DNA from: Candidatus Bathyarchaeota archaeon
GTDB lineage: Archaea > Thermoproteota > Bathyarchaeia > Bathyarchaeales > Bathycorpusculaceae
Reading direction: 5' to 3'
NCBI GenBank assembly: GCA_963827165.1
Contig: CAWGZR010000011.1
Coordinates: 127,332 to 191,331, forward strand
DNA: 64,000 nucleotides
This document shows, one piece after another, positions 19,106-28,276 of the stretch. Under the pieces are notes generated by a model. It ran no database searches. It saw nothing but the letters and a program-made list of their open reading frames with translations, and was not told the origin of the DNA. The translations under genes and the position numbers were made by a program. Positions within the stretch are counted from its first letter, which is position 1; every line of letters starts with the position of its first letter.

Positions 19106-20146
19106 TTGATTCTGGCTTTTTCCACATTATTTTTCGTTAATTTGGGGAGTGGTCATCTTGTGGCTGCCGACGAGCAAACTTATTCGCAGTGGACGTTCCA
19201 TATGCTCAAAACCGGTGATTACATTACTCCTTGGGCTTTTGGCAGCGTTTTCTGGCTTGGCAAGCCGCCGCTTGTCATGTGGCTAATGTCTCTGTCTTTT
19301 CAAATCTTTGGCGTGAACAATTTTGCCGCACGATTCTGGAGCCCCATATTTGGCGCGCTGTCGCTGGTTCTCGTCTACTATTTGGGAAAGAAACTGTACA
19401 ACCCCTATGTCGGATTCATGTCGGCCTTCGTTTTGGGGACGCTTACAACATTTTATGTTTATTCACGACTCGCCATGACCGACGTTCCCTTAATCTTCTT
19501 CAGCTTGGGAACAATTTACTTCTTTGTTTTAACCGAGAAAACAGAAAAAACCACCCGATACGCCATCCTCAGCGGGTTATTCTTCGGGTTAGCCCTGATG
19601 ACCAAGCAGATTGAAGCTCTCTTGGTTCTGCTGATCCTGATTTTGTATCTTGCGGCGACGAGGAAGACCTTGCGGTTTTTCTTTTCAAAAGGCTTTACTC
19701 TTTTCTGGACCATCGGGCTTCTTGTTTTTTCTCCCTGGTTAATCTACATGGCAGTTCATTTTGGCTCTCCATTTTGGCAATGGTATTTTGTTTACGACGT
19801 TCTTAATCGATCAGTAGGCGTAGTTGAGAATCACGCTGGAAACTACATATACTACTTCAACTTCCTTGCACACAACGAAAGTTTGGTTTATCTGATACTC
19901 TTGCCAATAGGCGCGGCCCTGTGCCTTTTCAACGCGGTTTTCAAGCGGTTAAAAGCGGACACGCTGATTTTTCTGTGGATTGTCGTTGTTCTACTGGTGT
20001 TCACAATCGCTCAATCGAAACTTGACTGGTATATCCTGCCGGCTTTTCCAGCATTCGCGCTCGCCATCAGCAGTCTCCTCTATCAACTTGGAAAGAAAAC
20101 TTATGGACTCCTAAAGAAAGTGCCACTTCGCAGGCTGCGCAAGTAG
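19106..20146 (+). CDS. ArnT/PMT-like (GT-C, family 39/83) glycosyltransferase
   Basis: DEQTY, KPPLVMW, AARFWS, RLAMTD, ALMTK, SKLDWYILP; frame is open upstream to about 18974. Confidence 0.88.
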   Translation: MILAFSTLFFVNLGSGHLVAADEQTYSQWTFHMLKTGDYITPWAFGSVFWLGKPPLVMWLMSLSFQIFGVNNFAARFWSPIFGALSLVLVYYLGKKLYNPYVGFMSAFVLGTLTTFYVYSRLAMTDVPLIFFSLGTIYFFVLTEKTEKTTRYAILSGLFFGLALMTKQIEALLVLLILILYLAATRKTLRFFFSKGFTLFWTIGLLVFSPWLIYMAVHFGSPFWQWYFVYDVLNRSVGVVENHAGNYIYYFNFLAHNESLVYLILLPIGAALCLFNAVFKRLKADTLIFLWIVVVLLVFTIAQSKLDWYILPAFPAFALAISSLLYQLGKKTYGLLKKVPLRRLRK

Positions 20147-21073
20147 CTAAAAGCTTCTGGGTTTACGATTGTAAAGCACAGTCACTATCTCAAGTATCGA
20201 TAACGCTGCAATCGCATAGAGCGGAATCCAATCATACAGGTACATCTGTGACACTGTTCCGGCATTAGTCTCCGTTGACAAAAACGCGAAGCCTACCCCG
20301 TTGTAGAGGAAGAATGGGAGATTTGTAGCTGCGAGAAAGGCGAAGGACCCGCCGATGAACTTCCGCAGCGAACCTCGGTTATACCATAGCAGAAGGGGCA
20401 AGGCAAACAGTGCAACCCGTGGGTCAAAAGCCCCAAAAGCAAAAAGCAGCGCCGACAGCCACGGTTTTTTGGAGAACCCAAAATAGATGGCGCCTACTAA
20501 AAGGACAGTTTGGAGTATGTGGGCGTTTGCTAAGAGGTATCCGCAGTAATAGCTGGGCGAGAAAGTTTGCACGTGGAGACTAAGCATGCGGTAATGCAGA
20601 AACCCAGCGATGGAGTAGCTCGCTGAAGGAGCAATTAGAATTGGATCAACTAGTACAATTACGGCTGCTGCTGCTCCGACGAAGAGGTTTTTGCTTGCAA
20701 CTATTTTGTAGACGAAAAAAGCTAGGACCAAAATTAAGATGGCTTGAACTATGTCGAAGGCGTTAAGTGCGTCCTGGTAGCCTAAGCTAAGGAAAGGCGC
20801 AAAAAGTATCAGAAAAGACGGCGTGTACTTGAACGGTTGTGGCTGCGGCTGAATTGGGTAGTCGCCTGGTTGAACGCTGGCGGAGTAGATTTGGGTCGGG
20901 TTATGGATTAGCCGCCATTCCCCGATGTAGTACGCTGAGAAATCCCTCGCCAAAGTGGGTGCTTCAGGCTTGAAAGTCTGTGGGTAAGCGTATAGGAAGA
21001 TGCTCAAATTCAAGAAAACCAATACACCGATGAGTAATATGATTCCCGTTTTTCTGGACAAGACAAGTTTCAT
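20147..21073 (-). CDS. GT-C / GT87-like membrane glycosyltransferase
   Basis: RDFSAYY...IY...FKYTPSFLILFAPF, many TMs. Confidence 0.7.
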   Translation of the reverse strand: MKLVLSRKTGIILLIGVLVFLNLSIFLYAYPQTFKPEAPTLARDFSAYYIGEWRLIHNPTQIYSASVQPGDYPIQPQPQPFKYTPSFLILFAPFLSLGYQDALNAFDIVQAILILVLAFFVYKIVASKNLFVGAAAAVIVLVDPILIAPSASYSIAGFLHYRMLSLHVQTFSPSYYCGYLLANAHILQTVLLVGAIYFGFSKKPWLSALLFAFGAFDPRVALFALPLLLWYNRGSLRKFIGGSFAFLAATNLPFFLYNGVGFAFLSTETNAGTVSQMYLYDWIPLYAIAALSILEIVTVLYNRKPRSF

Positions 21074-21303
21074 TGGCTTTCCCATGGATAGGTGCGACGA
21101 ATCTGTTTGAAACACGATTTATTCTTTGCGGTAAATCCCTCTAAACTCGAAAACCAGCGAAAAAGGGATTATCGGCTGAAGTGCTGAAACTTTCGAGTTT
21201 TGACTAAAGAAAAGGGCAACTCGACATGATAGTCGATTTATAGAAACCCTTTAATTGGCGGTGATTTCAGTTCCATCTAAGCCTTAAAGGAGAAAAATTT
21301 GGA

Positions 21304-21465
21304 ATGTCTACTTCACAAGAGTCAAGTGCTTTGCCGAATGAGTCCAGCAGCGATCAACAAGCGCGGTTAGCGAGGGCAGTGCGTCGGGTTGAATTGCTAA
21401 GCTACGCGGCGGCAGCTCTCGGAATAACTCTACTCGCAGTCATAATCGCAATTTCCTTACTTTAG
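21304..21465 (+). CDS. Small tail-anchored membrane peptide (53 aa)
   Basis: AGGAG upstream; MSTSQESS...LLSYAAAALGITLLAVIIAISLL*. Confidence 0.55.
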   Translation: MSTSQESSALPNESSSDQQARLARAVRRVELLSYAAAALGITLLAVIIAISLL

Positions 21466-21511
21466 AAATGCGCTACAAAGAAAGCGGCTTTGAGGGAGGT
21501 TCAAGAAAAAA

Positions 21512-21616
21512 TTGGAAGAAATCATTGAACAAACAATCAAGAAACTGGAACGATTAAGCAGAATCCTCACGGTCATAGTCATCGTTGAGCTTGTGGCTTT
21601 GCTGCTATTCTTGTAG
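21512..21616 (+). CDS. Small tail-anchored membrane peptide (34 aa)
   Basis: GGAGG upstream, TTG start; MEEIIEQTIKKLERLSRILTVIVIVELVALLLFL*. Confidence 0.45.
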   Translation: MEEIIEQTIKKLERLSRILTVIVIVELVALLLFL

Positions 21617-21726
21617 ATTCAAAGTTTCCTCTTCTTTTAAGAATCGCATAACGCTCGACGCCTTCAAACAGATAAGCAAAATATATAGGCAACGAGTTAA
21701 GTAAGCGAAATGATGGATCTGGGAAA

Positions 21727-22056
21727 ATGGTTTTTGAAAAGGTCGCTGAAACAACGGAGATATCTCCTGGAAAAACTAAAATCGTTAATTTTGGTTCGGA
21801 AGAAGTTTTGCTTGCAAACGTCGACGGAAATTTCTATGCTATCGGGAACGTCTGTACGCACGAAGGCGGAAAACTTTCCAAAGGAACCCTGCAGGGAACC
21901 ACCGTTACTTGCCCCAGGCACAAGGCACAGTTCGACGTAAAAACCGGCGGAGTAGTGACTTCACCAAAAATCCTTTTCATGCATCCTAAAATCAATAACG
22001 CACCCATATATGCAGTCAAAGTTGAAGGAACAGCTATTCTGATTGAACATGAATAA
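21727..22056 (+). CDS. Rieske [2Fe-2S] ferredoxin
   Basis: CTHEGG and CPRH...FDVKTG. Confidence 0.92.
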   Translation: MVFEKVAETTEISPGKTKIVNFGSEEVLLANVDGNFYAIGNVCTHEGGKLSKGTLQGTTVTCPRHKAQFDVKTGGVVTSPKILFMHPKINNAPIYAVKVEGTAILIEHE

Positions 22057-22179
22057 GACTCGATCGGCAGCAACTTTTCGGCTTTTGAAGAAGAAATTAC
22101 ATGAAGTGAACGTTGGTCGAGAACTCAAGTTTATCAGAGTGAAATACTTTTATTTCTGAACTTGAAGTGGTCTGGAGAA

Positions 22180-22941
22180 ATGGAAGTTTCCAAAATATCC
22201 AGTGCGTCTGAGCTCGAATTCGTCTTCCCAGACGGCTTCTCATTCTTTGAGCCTTATATTCAATACTTCGTCAAAGAAATTCTCGAGGTAGGCGGCGAGG
22301 CGTATGTCTCGAGAACTTCTGAGGGCGAGGTTTCGGGCATATTCATGTATGACCTGTCTGAGAATCAAGGAACAATTTACACGAGGTCAAGAGAAGTCTT
22401 CGACCACTTTTACGCCTTAAAACCGTTCAATTTCTTGTTCGCGGAGTTGAAAACTGAGCTCGAAAATGAAATCTACGATATTTACGGTGTACAATTTGAG
22501 AACATACCTGTTGATCATCGCTTTAGCTACGAGATTTCCATGGCGGATAAGGATCGAGTTGGTGAGATTGAGCAATTCATGTCTGCAACCCATCCTGGGA
22601 TAAACAAAAAGTGGGTAGGCGTGGCGCTTAAGAATGGCCAACGGTGCTTTGTTGTCAGCTTAAACCACGAAATTGCAGGGTTAGGCTGGGCTACGATTGT
22701 GAATGGCGTTGGAAGATTGCATACTCTCTATGTGAAACCCCAGTTAAGGCGAATAGGCATAGGGGAAGATATTTTGAATGCCCGTCTTCTCTGGCTTAAG
22801 GCAAATCACGCCAATTCTGCATTCTGCGAGATTTCCCGTTACAACGTGGCTTCAGCTGGGAATGTTATGAAAGCGCATATGCGGGTGTCTGGACAGGTTT
22901 TCCAGTATTTTAGGAAAGACTTCGATAAAAATAAGAAATAA
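22180..22941 (+). CDS. GNAT acetyltransferase
   Basis: LHTLYVKPQLRRIGIG acetyl-CoA-binding motif. Confidence 0.85.
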   Translation: MEVSKISSASELEFVFPDGFSFFEPYIQYFVKEILEVGGEAYVSRTSEGEVSGIFMYDLSENQGTIYTRSREVFDHFYALKPFNFLFAELKTELENEIYDIYGVQFENIPVDHRFSYEISMADKDRVGEIEQFMSATHPGINKKWVGVALKNGQRCFVVSLNHEIAGLGWATIVNGVGRLHTLYVKPQLRRIGIGEDILNARLLWLKANHANSAFCEISRYNVASAGNVMKAHMRVSGQVFQYFRKDFDKNKK

Positions 22942-22958
22942 AAACTTAGGGTTCGAAC

Positions 22959-23981
22959 CTATGTTCTGGGCGCTCCGCAAATGGGACAAGTTTCTGCGGT
23001 GGAGTCTATTAGTGCTCCGCAGTAGCGGCATTTTACTTTTACAACCTCTTTAATCACGATCTGCTGCACTTGCGGCTGCTTCGGAGTCAAATCAATTTGG
23101 GGTACAGGCGGCGGCGAAGTCGGCGGGGAATATTCTTGTTGGGGGCTATGCTTTGGAAGGCTTCTTCTCCTGGAAATAGCGATAATGATGATGATGACTA
23201 TGATTACAATGATAACAAGCGCTATTGCCGCGATGAGGCCAACATTTAGGGTTGCACTCGAATTTCCTCCAGTTGCCGTCGTCAGCGAATAGCTGCTTGA
23301 GGTCACATATAGGTTGTCGGTCCATGTGAACCCGTCGCCTGAAGGGTTGGTATCGTGTTCAACGTATTCATATCCGATTATGTACCCCGTGGTCGGGTCA
23401 AAGTAGGCTTTCCACGTGTAGGCGGCGGTGAATTGTCCGTAGTTATCGTTGCGTTCATAGCTTGAGGTTCCTTGGGCAGAAATCGCGTTGACGTTCCTGT
23501 TCTGGGAGGAAAGATAGTAGCTGTAGCTAGTGGATTCGACGGTCATTTGGGTGTTTAGAATGGTGAAGGCGCCTCCATTCTGGATTGAGTTATCCATCAG
23601 GAACCAGACTGTTGGGTTGACATAGCCTGTTTGGTCGTCTGTCCCATCGATGTAATAGTAGTCGGCGGATGAGAAAGTATAGCTTCCTGATTGGCTGCCG
23701 GTTTCGGTTGAGCTTGAGGAGCTGTTGCTGTAAGTCCAAGAGTAGTCATATGAGGCAGAAACGACTCCGCTCGCATCAACGCTGTTCATCGTTTCCTTTC
23801 CATCCACAACTGTCTGCTCAGTGTAACCAGAATAGCTACCTGTGCCGCTTCCAAGGCTTTCAACCTCGTGATAGTTGAAGTGGTCGCCTTGATGGGGCAC
23901 GTAGGTTGCCGCGGCAATGACTGGAGAAGCTGCTATGAAAAGCGAAAGGACGATGATAAGAAACAGGGATTTCGAGGTCAA
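22959..23981 (-). CDS. Secreted domain + TM + Pro-rich linker + zinc ribbon protein
   Basis: Signal peptide, Ser/Thr/Tyr-rich domain, TM, KCRYCG...CPICGA. Confidence 0.85.
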   Translation of the reverse strand: MTSKSLFLIIVLSLFIAASPVIAAATYVPHQGDHFNYHEVESLGSGTGSYSGYTEQTVVDGKETMNSVDASGVVSASYDYSWTYSNSSSSSTETGSQSGSYTFSSADYYYIDGTDDQTGYVNPTVWFLMDNSIQNGGAFTILNTQMTVESTSYSYYLSSQNRNVNAISAQGTSSYERNDNYGQFTAAYTWKAYFDPTTGYIIGYEYVEHDTNPSGDGFTWTDNLYVTSSSYSLTTATGGNSSATLNVGLIAAIALVIIVIIVIIIIIAISRRRSLPKHSPQQEYSPPTSPPPVPQIDLTPKQPQVQQIVIKEVVKVKCRYCGALIDSTAETCPICGAPRT

Positions 23982-25537
23982 CCCATGAACCCTCCGACTC
24001 CGTGTACGTGTGCAGGATGGAAGCCTCCGATGGAACTGAACGTAGAGTAATAGTATGAATGTGCGACTATCAGCGGTGCGTAGTAGAGGAAGAATATGTT
24101 TGATGGAATATATGTGAATTGCATCGGGGTGTTGGTGAGTTTTGCGGTTGGATCAAGTTCCTTTACCAGTTCGTTTTTGACTCCGTGAATCATTCTGACT
24201 GAGAGACTCAGAAGTTCAGGGGGAAAGAGGTCTTTAGCGTATGTTCCAAGCAGAGAATAGGCTTTCTGCATCAAGTCAAGGGTCTCGTTGGCTTCGAGCG
24301 TTGATATAGACGCAAGGATCGCGGAGGCAACAAGTGGATACTCAAGATAGTTTTTGAGTGCATCGACAATTATTGTCAACTTCGTGTTCACTTCACCAGG
24401 TGCTAAATCGGCGATCGACAGATACGCAGAAGCAAGTTCGGTATCCTCCGACACCTGATATCCCCAGGAATTAAACATCGATCTGAAAGACTGGAATTTA
24501 TCGGTCAACTGGTCAAAAGGAACATTTACAACAGCGAGGATTGCAGCTGATTCACTCGAAGAGGTCATTTTGGAAAATTGCGCAAATCTATCAGTTGGAA
24601 ATGTCCCGTCAAATCTTTTTCCGAACATGATGATGGCTGCGACACCGACTGACAGCTCTTTTGGAACCTTATCATGCCTGACTTCCTTGTCAAGGTTTCC
24701 CAAGGAAGCTAACAGGTTTTGCAAGTCGGAATCACTAGACGACTGAGTTTGGCCATCCGCAAAGCTGGTAATAATCTCTGCCGCCATCATCTTGTTTTCG
24801 ATGGTGGATTTGAAATGCTGAAGACTGTTTGTGGCCAGAAGAAATCTTTGGGAGATTTGATTAGGGTCGCCCTGAAGCTTTCCTAAGCCCACTGAGACGC
24901 TCCACAGCTGGGAAAGGTCTGCCCCTGGAAATTCAGCGATGAACCGATTGGCGTAGAAGGCAGCTTTGTATGCTATGTTCCTTAGTTCATCGGACGTTTC
25001 CTTTGTTTCTTCGATGAAGTCTGAGAACTCGTTGCCAGAAACCCTGTAGTTTCTGACGTTGAGATCATTCAGTGTCACTACTCCGAGCCCAGTTAATGAC
25101 AGATATACGCCGCTGTAAGGCACCATTCGATCAGTCACGGATTTCTTCTGAATTAACTCGTTAATTTTAGCGTCTTTTTCTGCTATTTCACCGTCAATTT
25201 TCGAAACAGCCGACTTTTCACTTTCAACTTTTTCGCGTTCCGCTTCCTTAACCTCTTTTCCTTCAAAAAGAAACTTGATCGAATGAGTTTTGCCCTCATC
25301 TTCTTGAAGCGCGCTTTTTGCGCCCCTATCTGCATTCTCCTCATTCGCCAAATCTATGCTCATTTGCGTCAAACTTGAAACTTCAGCCACAGCCTGATCG
25401 TAAGCTTCTTTCTGCATAACAGAAAGGTAGCCATTATCGCGTAGAAAATCAATGTCAGGTTGGGAAATTTGCATTGAAATTGATTTTTCAGCTATTTGGG
25501 AAAAAAATGTTCTAGCGTCGTTGCAGCGCATATTCAT
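23978..25537 (-). CDS. Hypothetical alpha-helical / coiled-coil protein
   Basis: 519-aa ORF overlapping both neighbours. Confidence 0.85.
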   Translation of the reverse strand: MNMRCNDARTFFSQIAEKSISMQISQPDIDFLRDNGYLSVMQKEAYDQAVAEVSSLTQMSIDLANEENADRGAKSALQEDEGKTHSIKFLFEGKEVKEAEREKVESEKSAVSKIDGEIAEKDAKINELIQKKSVTDRMVPYSGVYLSLTGLGVVTLNDLNVRNYRVSGNEFSDFIEETKETSDELRNIAYKAAFYANRFIAEFPGADLSQLWSVSVGLGKLQGDPNQISQRFLLATNSLQHFKSTIENKMMAAEIITSFADGQTQSSSDSDLQNLLASLGNLDKEVRHDKVPKELSVGVAAIIMFGKRFDGTFPTDRFAQFSKMTSSSESAAILAVVNVPFDQLTDKFQSFRSMFNSWGYQVSEDTELASAYLSIADLAPGEVNTKLTIIVDALKNYLEYPLVASAILASISTLEANETLDLMQKAYSLLGTYAKDLFPPELLSLSVRMIHGVKNELVKELDPTAKLTNTPMQFTYIPSNIFFLYYAPLIVAHSYYYSTFSSIGGFHPAHVHGVGGFMG

Positions 25538-26706
25538 TACCGATCCATTATTGGGAATTTCTTAGTTAAAGATTGCTCTCCCATGATGTTACCGACGACC
25601 AGCTTAAGGCTTTGCCCCTCACTTGCAAGGTCAACAACTTCATCATCTTTGAGGGCTTCTTTGAGGAAATATTCAAACTGCGCTTTCCTATCCGCGATAA
25701 CCTCGAACCTTGCACATCGTTCCCGTTCTATCTGCTCGTAAGCATACATAAACTCATACAAGGATCTGTAAATCTGATCATCTATCTTTTCCGAAACTTT
25801 CTTTTCCTCAACGGTTATCCATTCCAAGCCCTCAAGATCCACAAAATAAATAGTGCCGTCCGGAGCGAGCACTGCGTCCTTGTCCAGCCACACATCATAG
25901 AAATCTAGTCCACTGAAAGTTCCGTTGCCATTGCTTTTTATTGACCTAGTAAACAGGGTTAGAAATGCGATTCCGCTCTTAACAAAGTTCTTCAGGAACT
26001 CCAACGCTTTGTCATTGCTGTTTATTTCAAAAAGATCAAAAACCGAACGCGTGTTTCCGCCGATTGTGCTCCCGGAATGAAAATAAATCCTAATGTTAGA
26101 CGGAACCAACCTTATCTCCTGAACCATCCTGCCGCCAAACCTGCGGTACCAAAACAATTTTTTTGCTTCATCTTCGAGTTTTTTGGGAAGAAAGACTATT
26201 TTCACAACCGGCGCAATTCGGAATCCGTGAATGGAAGTGAGATCGGCCATTTCTGAAACTCTCATCGAAGTGACTGCATGCTCCAAGCCTTGTCCCCCAT
26301 ATGGCGAACCCCTTAGCCACAATTCTCCAGTCAGGTATCGTGGCGATTTTTCTTCAAAATTAATGATTGCGTCTTTGAGTTTGGAATCTTTAAGCAGACT
26401 GCATATTTCGGCTTTTCCTAGGAGCTGGTGGGAAAACGGGTTGGTCGTAGAACCTATTCCTTTAACTGAAAAGTAAAAGTCAGTGCCATCTAACTTCACG
26501 AAAGGCGAAGTGGCGACTGCTCCGCGGTTATCGTCAACAATAAACTCTTTTGAACCCGACGGGGTGCCGTCCAAGAAAGGTCTCATGCTCTCGGGAACGT
26601 AAATTTTTTCAAAATCTGGCATCTTGAACTCTTTAAAATGCTTGTTTGTCAAAAACTCAGAAACTTCGTAAGTGTCAAGAGTGAGAGGTAAACCTTTCAG
26701 CTTCAT
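25537..26706 (-). CDS. Hypothetical protein, possible atypical kinase-like fold
   Basis: FSVKGIG, GSPYGGQG, DKDAVLAPDGTIYFVDLEG. Confidence 0.75.
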   Translation of the reverse strand: MKLKGLPLTLDTYEVSEFLTNKHFKEFKMPDFEKIYVPESMRPFLDGTPSGSKEFIVDDNRGAVATSPFVKLDGTDFYFSVKGIGSTTNPFSHQLLGKAEICSLLKDSKLKDAIINFEEKSPRYLTGELWLRGSPYGGQGLEHAVTSMRVSEMADLTSIHGFRIAPVVKIVFLPKKLEDEAKKLFWYRRFGGRMVQEIRLVPSNIRIYFHSGSTIGGNTRSVFDLFEINSNDKALEFLKNFVKSGIAFLTLFTRSIKSNGNGTFSGLDFYDVWLDKDAVLAPDGTIYFVDLEGLEWITVEEKKVSEKIDDQIYRSLYEFMYAYEQIERERCARFEVIADRKAQFEYFLKEALKDDEVVDLASEGQSLKLVVGNIMGEQSLTKKFPIMDR

Positions 26707-26934
26707 GGGCAGTTCACATTTCGTTATGATGGTTTAACTCTTAAATCTAATGCAACTATAATCAGTTTAACCTATTCTCTACAGGGCCTTGCGACATGCG
26801 GATTAGTATTTGAATTAATAAAACGGAATTTTGAAAACTCTATGGAGCACGGTGTAATAGTTTTGAGCTAAAACATGTTGAGATGTGACACTGCGACTTT
26901 TATTGTTGTTAATTGGGGGTAATGTATGCTTTTT

Positions 26935-27035
26935 GGCTTTGTGACGTTTAGTGACGTTTCATGACGCAACCTGAAGACGATTCAAACCCTGATGCAAAAA
27001 ACCAATCTAAAACAAAGAAAAAATTGTGCGAAAAA
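26935..27035 (-). repeat. Dispersed leader + 10-bp array element (unit ~AAACGTCAC)
   Basis: Reverse complement aligns with 35991-36090 with one gap; begins about 14 nt after the hsp20 stop. Confidence 0.75.
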
Positions 27036-27048
27036 CCGGATTAATCCA

Positions 27049-27603
27049 CTATTTCACTGTCACTTTGTGTTTTTTCGGCGCGGGTACGATTGTCTTCTTT
27101 GGTACGCTGACTTTAAGTAATCCATCTTTAAATGTTGATTCTGCTTGTTCTGGGATTACTTCTTCAGGGAAGTCTAGCTGTTTGTGTATGTGTGAGTATA
27201 AGCGTTCTCTGACTACATAGTTCTTCTCTGTATCTTCTGTTTCAATGTCTGTTTCAGCCGAGATTTCAATACTATCAGTTGTCAACGCTACGTCTATATT
27301 GTCTTTGGCTACTCCGGGCATCTCAGCATGTACCACAAACTTGTTTCCTTCATCAACCAGATCTACAGTTGCTTCTCGAACGGGAACACCAGGTTCAACG
27401 CTTATCCATTCAAATGGGAAAGCTATGCTTTCGATGAAGTTTTCGCGAAAATCTTCCATTAAATTGTCAAAGGTTGTAAGGACATGTATTGCTGGAACTT
27501 GCTTGTTGGGTATGCGTTTGGCGGGAACATGCTTTACAGGCTTTATAGTTTTTTCAGATTTTACTATCGCCTTAATCGACGCCTTTTTTTGTATTTCAGT
27601 CAT
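27049..27603 (-). CDS. Hsp20/alpha-crystallin small heat shock protein
   Basis: VDLVDEG...AEMPGVAKDNIDV...AESTFKDGLLKVSVPK. Confidence 0.93.
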   Translation of the reverse strand: MTEIQKKASIKAIVKSEKTIKPVKHVPAKRIPNKQVPAIHVLTTFDNLMEDFRENFIESIAFPFEWISVEPGVPVREATVDLVDEGNKFVVHAEMPGVAKDNIDVALTTDSIEISAETDIETEDTEKNYVVRERLYSHIHKQLDFPEEVIPEQAESTFKDGLLKVSVPKKTIVPAPKKHKVTVK

Positions 27604-27843
27604 TTCTTTTCACCTCAATTAATCTCATGTTATTAGAATTCTGATTTGCCAGCTCTCTTTTTGCAGCTCCTACTGCTTCTGTTTCTTTGGAGATTTTTTA
27701 GCATCATTTTCTTGACGGGCGGACCTCAGCCTTAGCCCTTGCGCGATATTCCCCTTTCAAGCGTTGTTGGCTAGCTGGCTTTCCCTTATGTTTTTTCTAA
27801 GGACTTCAAAATGGAGTTATTGGACTTAATGGGGGGCGTGCGT

Positions 27844-27987
27844 TTACTCTTTTTTGGTTATCCATGTTTCTATTGCTTCTTCGACTGCGCGGGATAGGTC
27901 GCCTTTTTTGCCCCCGAATCTTTCTACTGTTTTTATTCTGAGCTGCTTTTCGAGCTCATCTGGTATGTCCACGCTGATTCGACCCAT
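27844..27987 (-). CDS. Ribbon-helix-helix DNA-binding protein (47 aa)
   Basis: MGRISVDIPDELEKQLRIKTVERFGGKKGDLSRAVEEAIETWITKKE*. Confidence 0.8.
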   Translation of the reverse strand: MGRISVDIPDELEKQLRIKTVERFGGKKGDLSRAVEEAIETWITKKE

Positions 27988-28276
27988 GCTTACTCACATA
28001 TTTTTTTGATTTTTTTGTGCACGTTTGATACGTGTCAGGTGTTTTTCCATTGAGCGAACTGCTTGGCGCATAATTTTGTTTTTGTTGATGCGGTCGTTTT
28101 TTATTCGCTCCAATTCGCTTATTAACATAAGGTATTATGTACTTAGTAGCTTATAAACATATGTGCTTATATGCTTAATTCTGTTGAAGAAACTCGCATT
28201 CTCAACCTCCTGAACACCGGCAAACCAAGGTTTTGGCCCAGCGAAGGAATGGCTTTTATAATCATTGAGTTGATTT

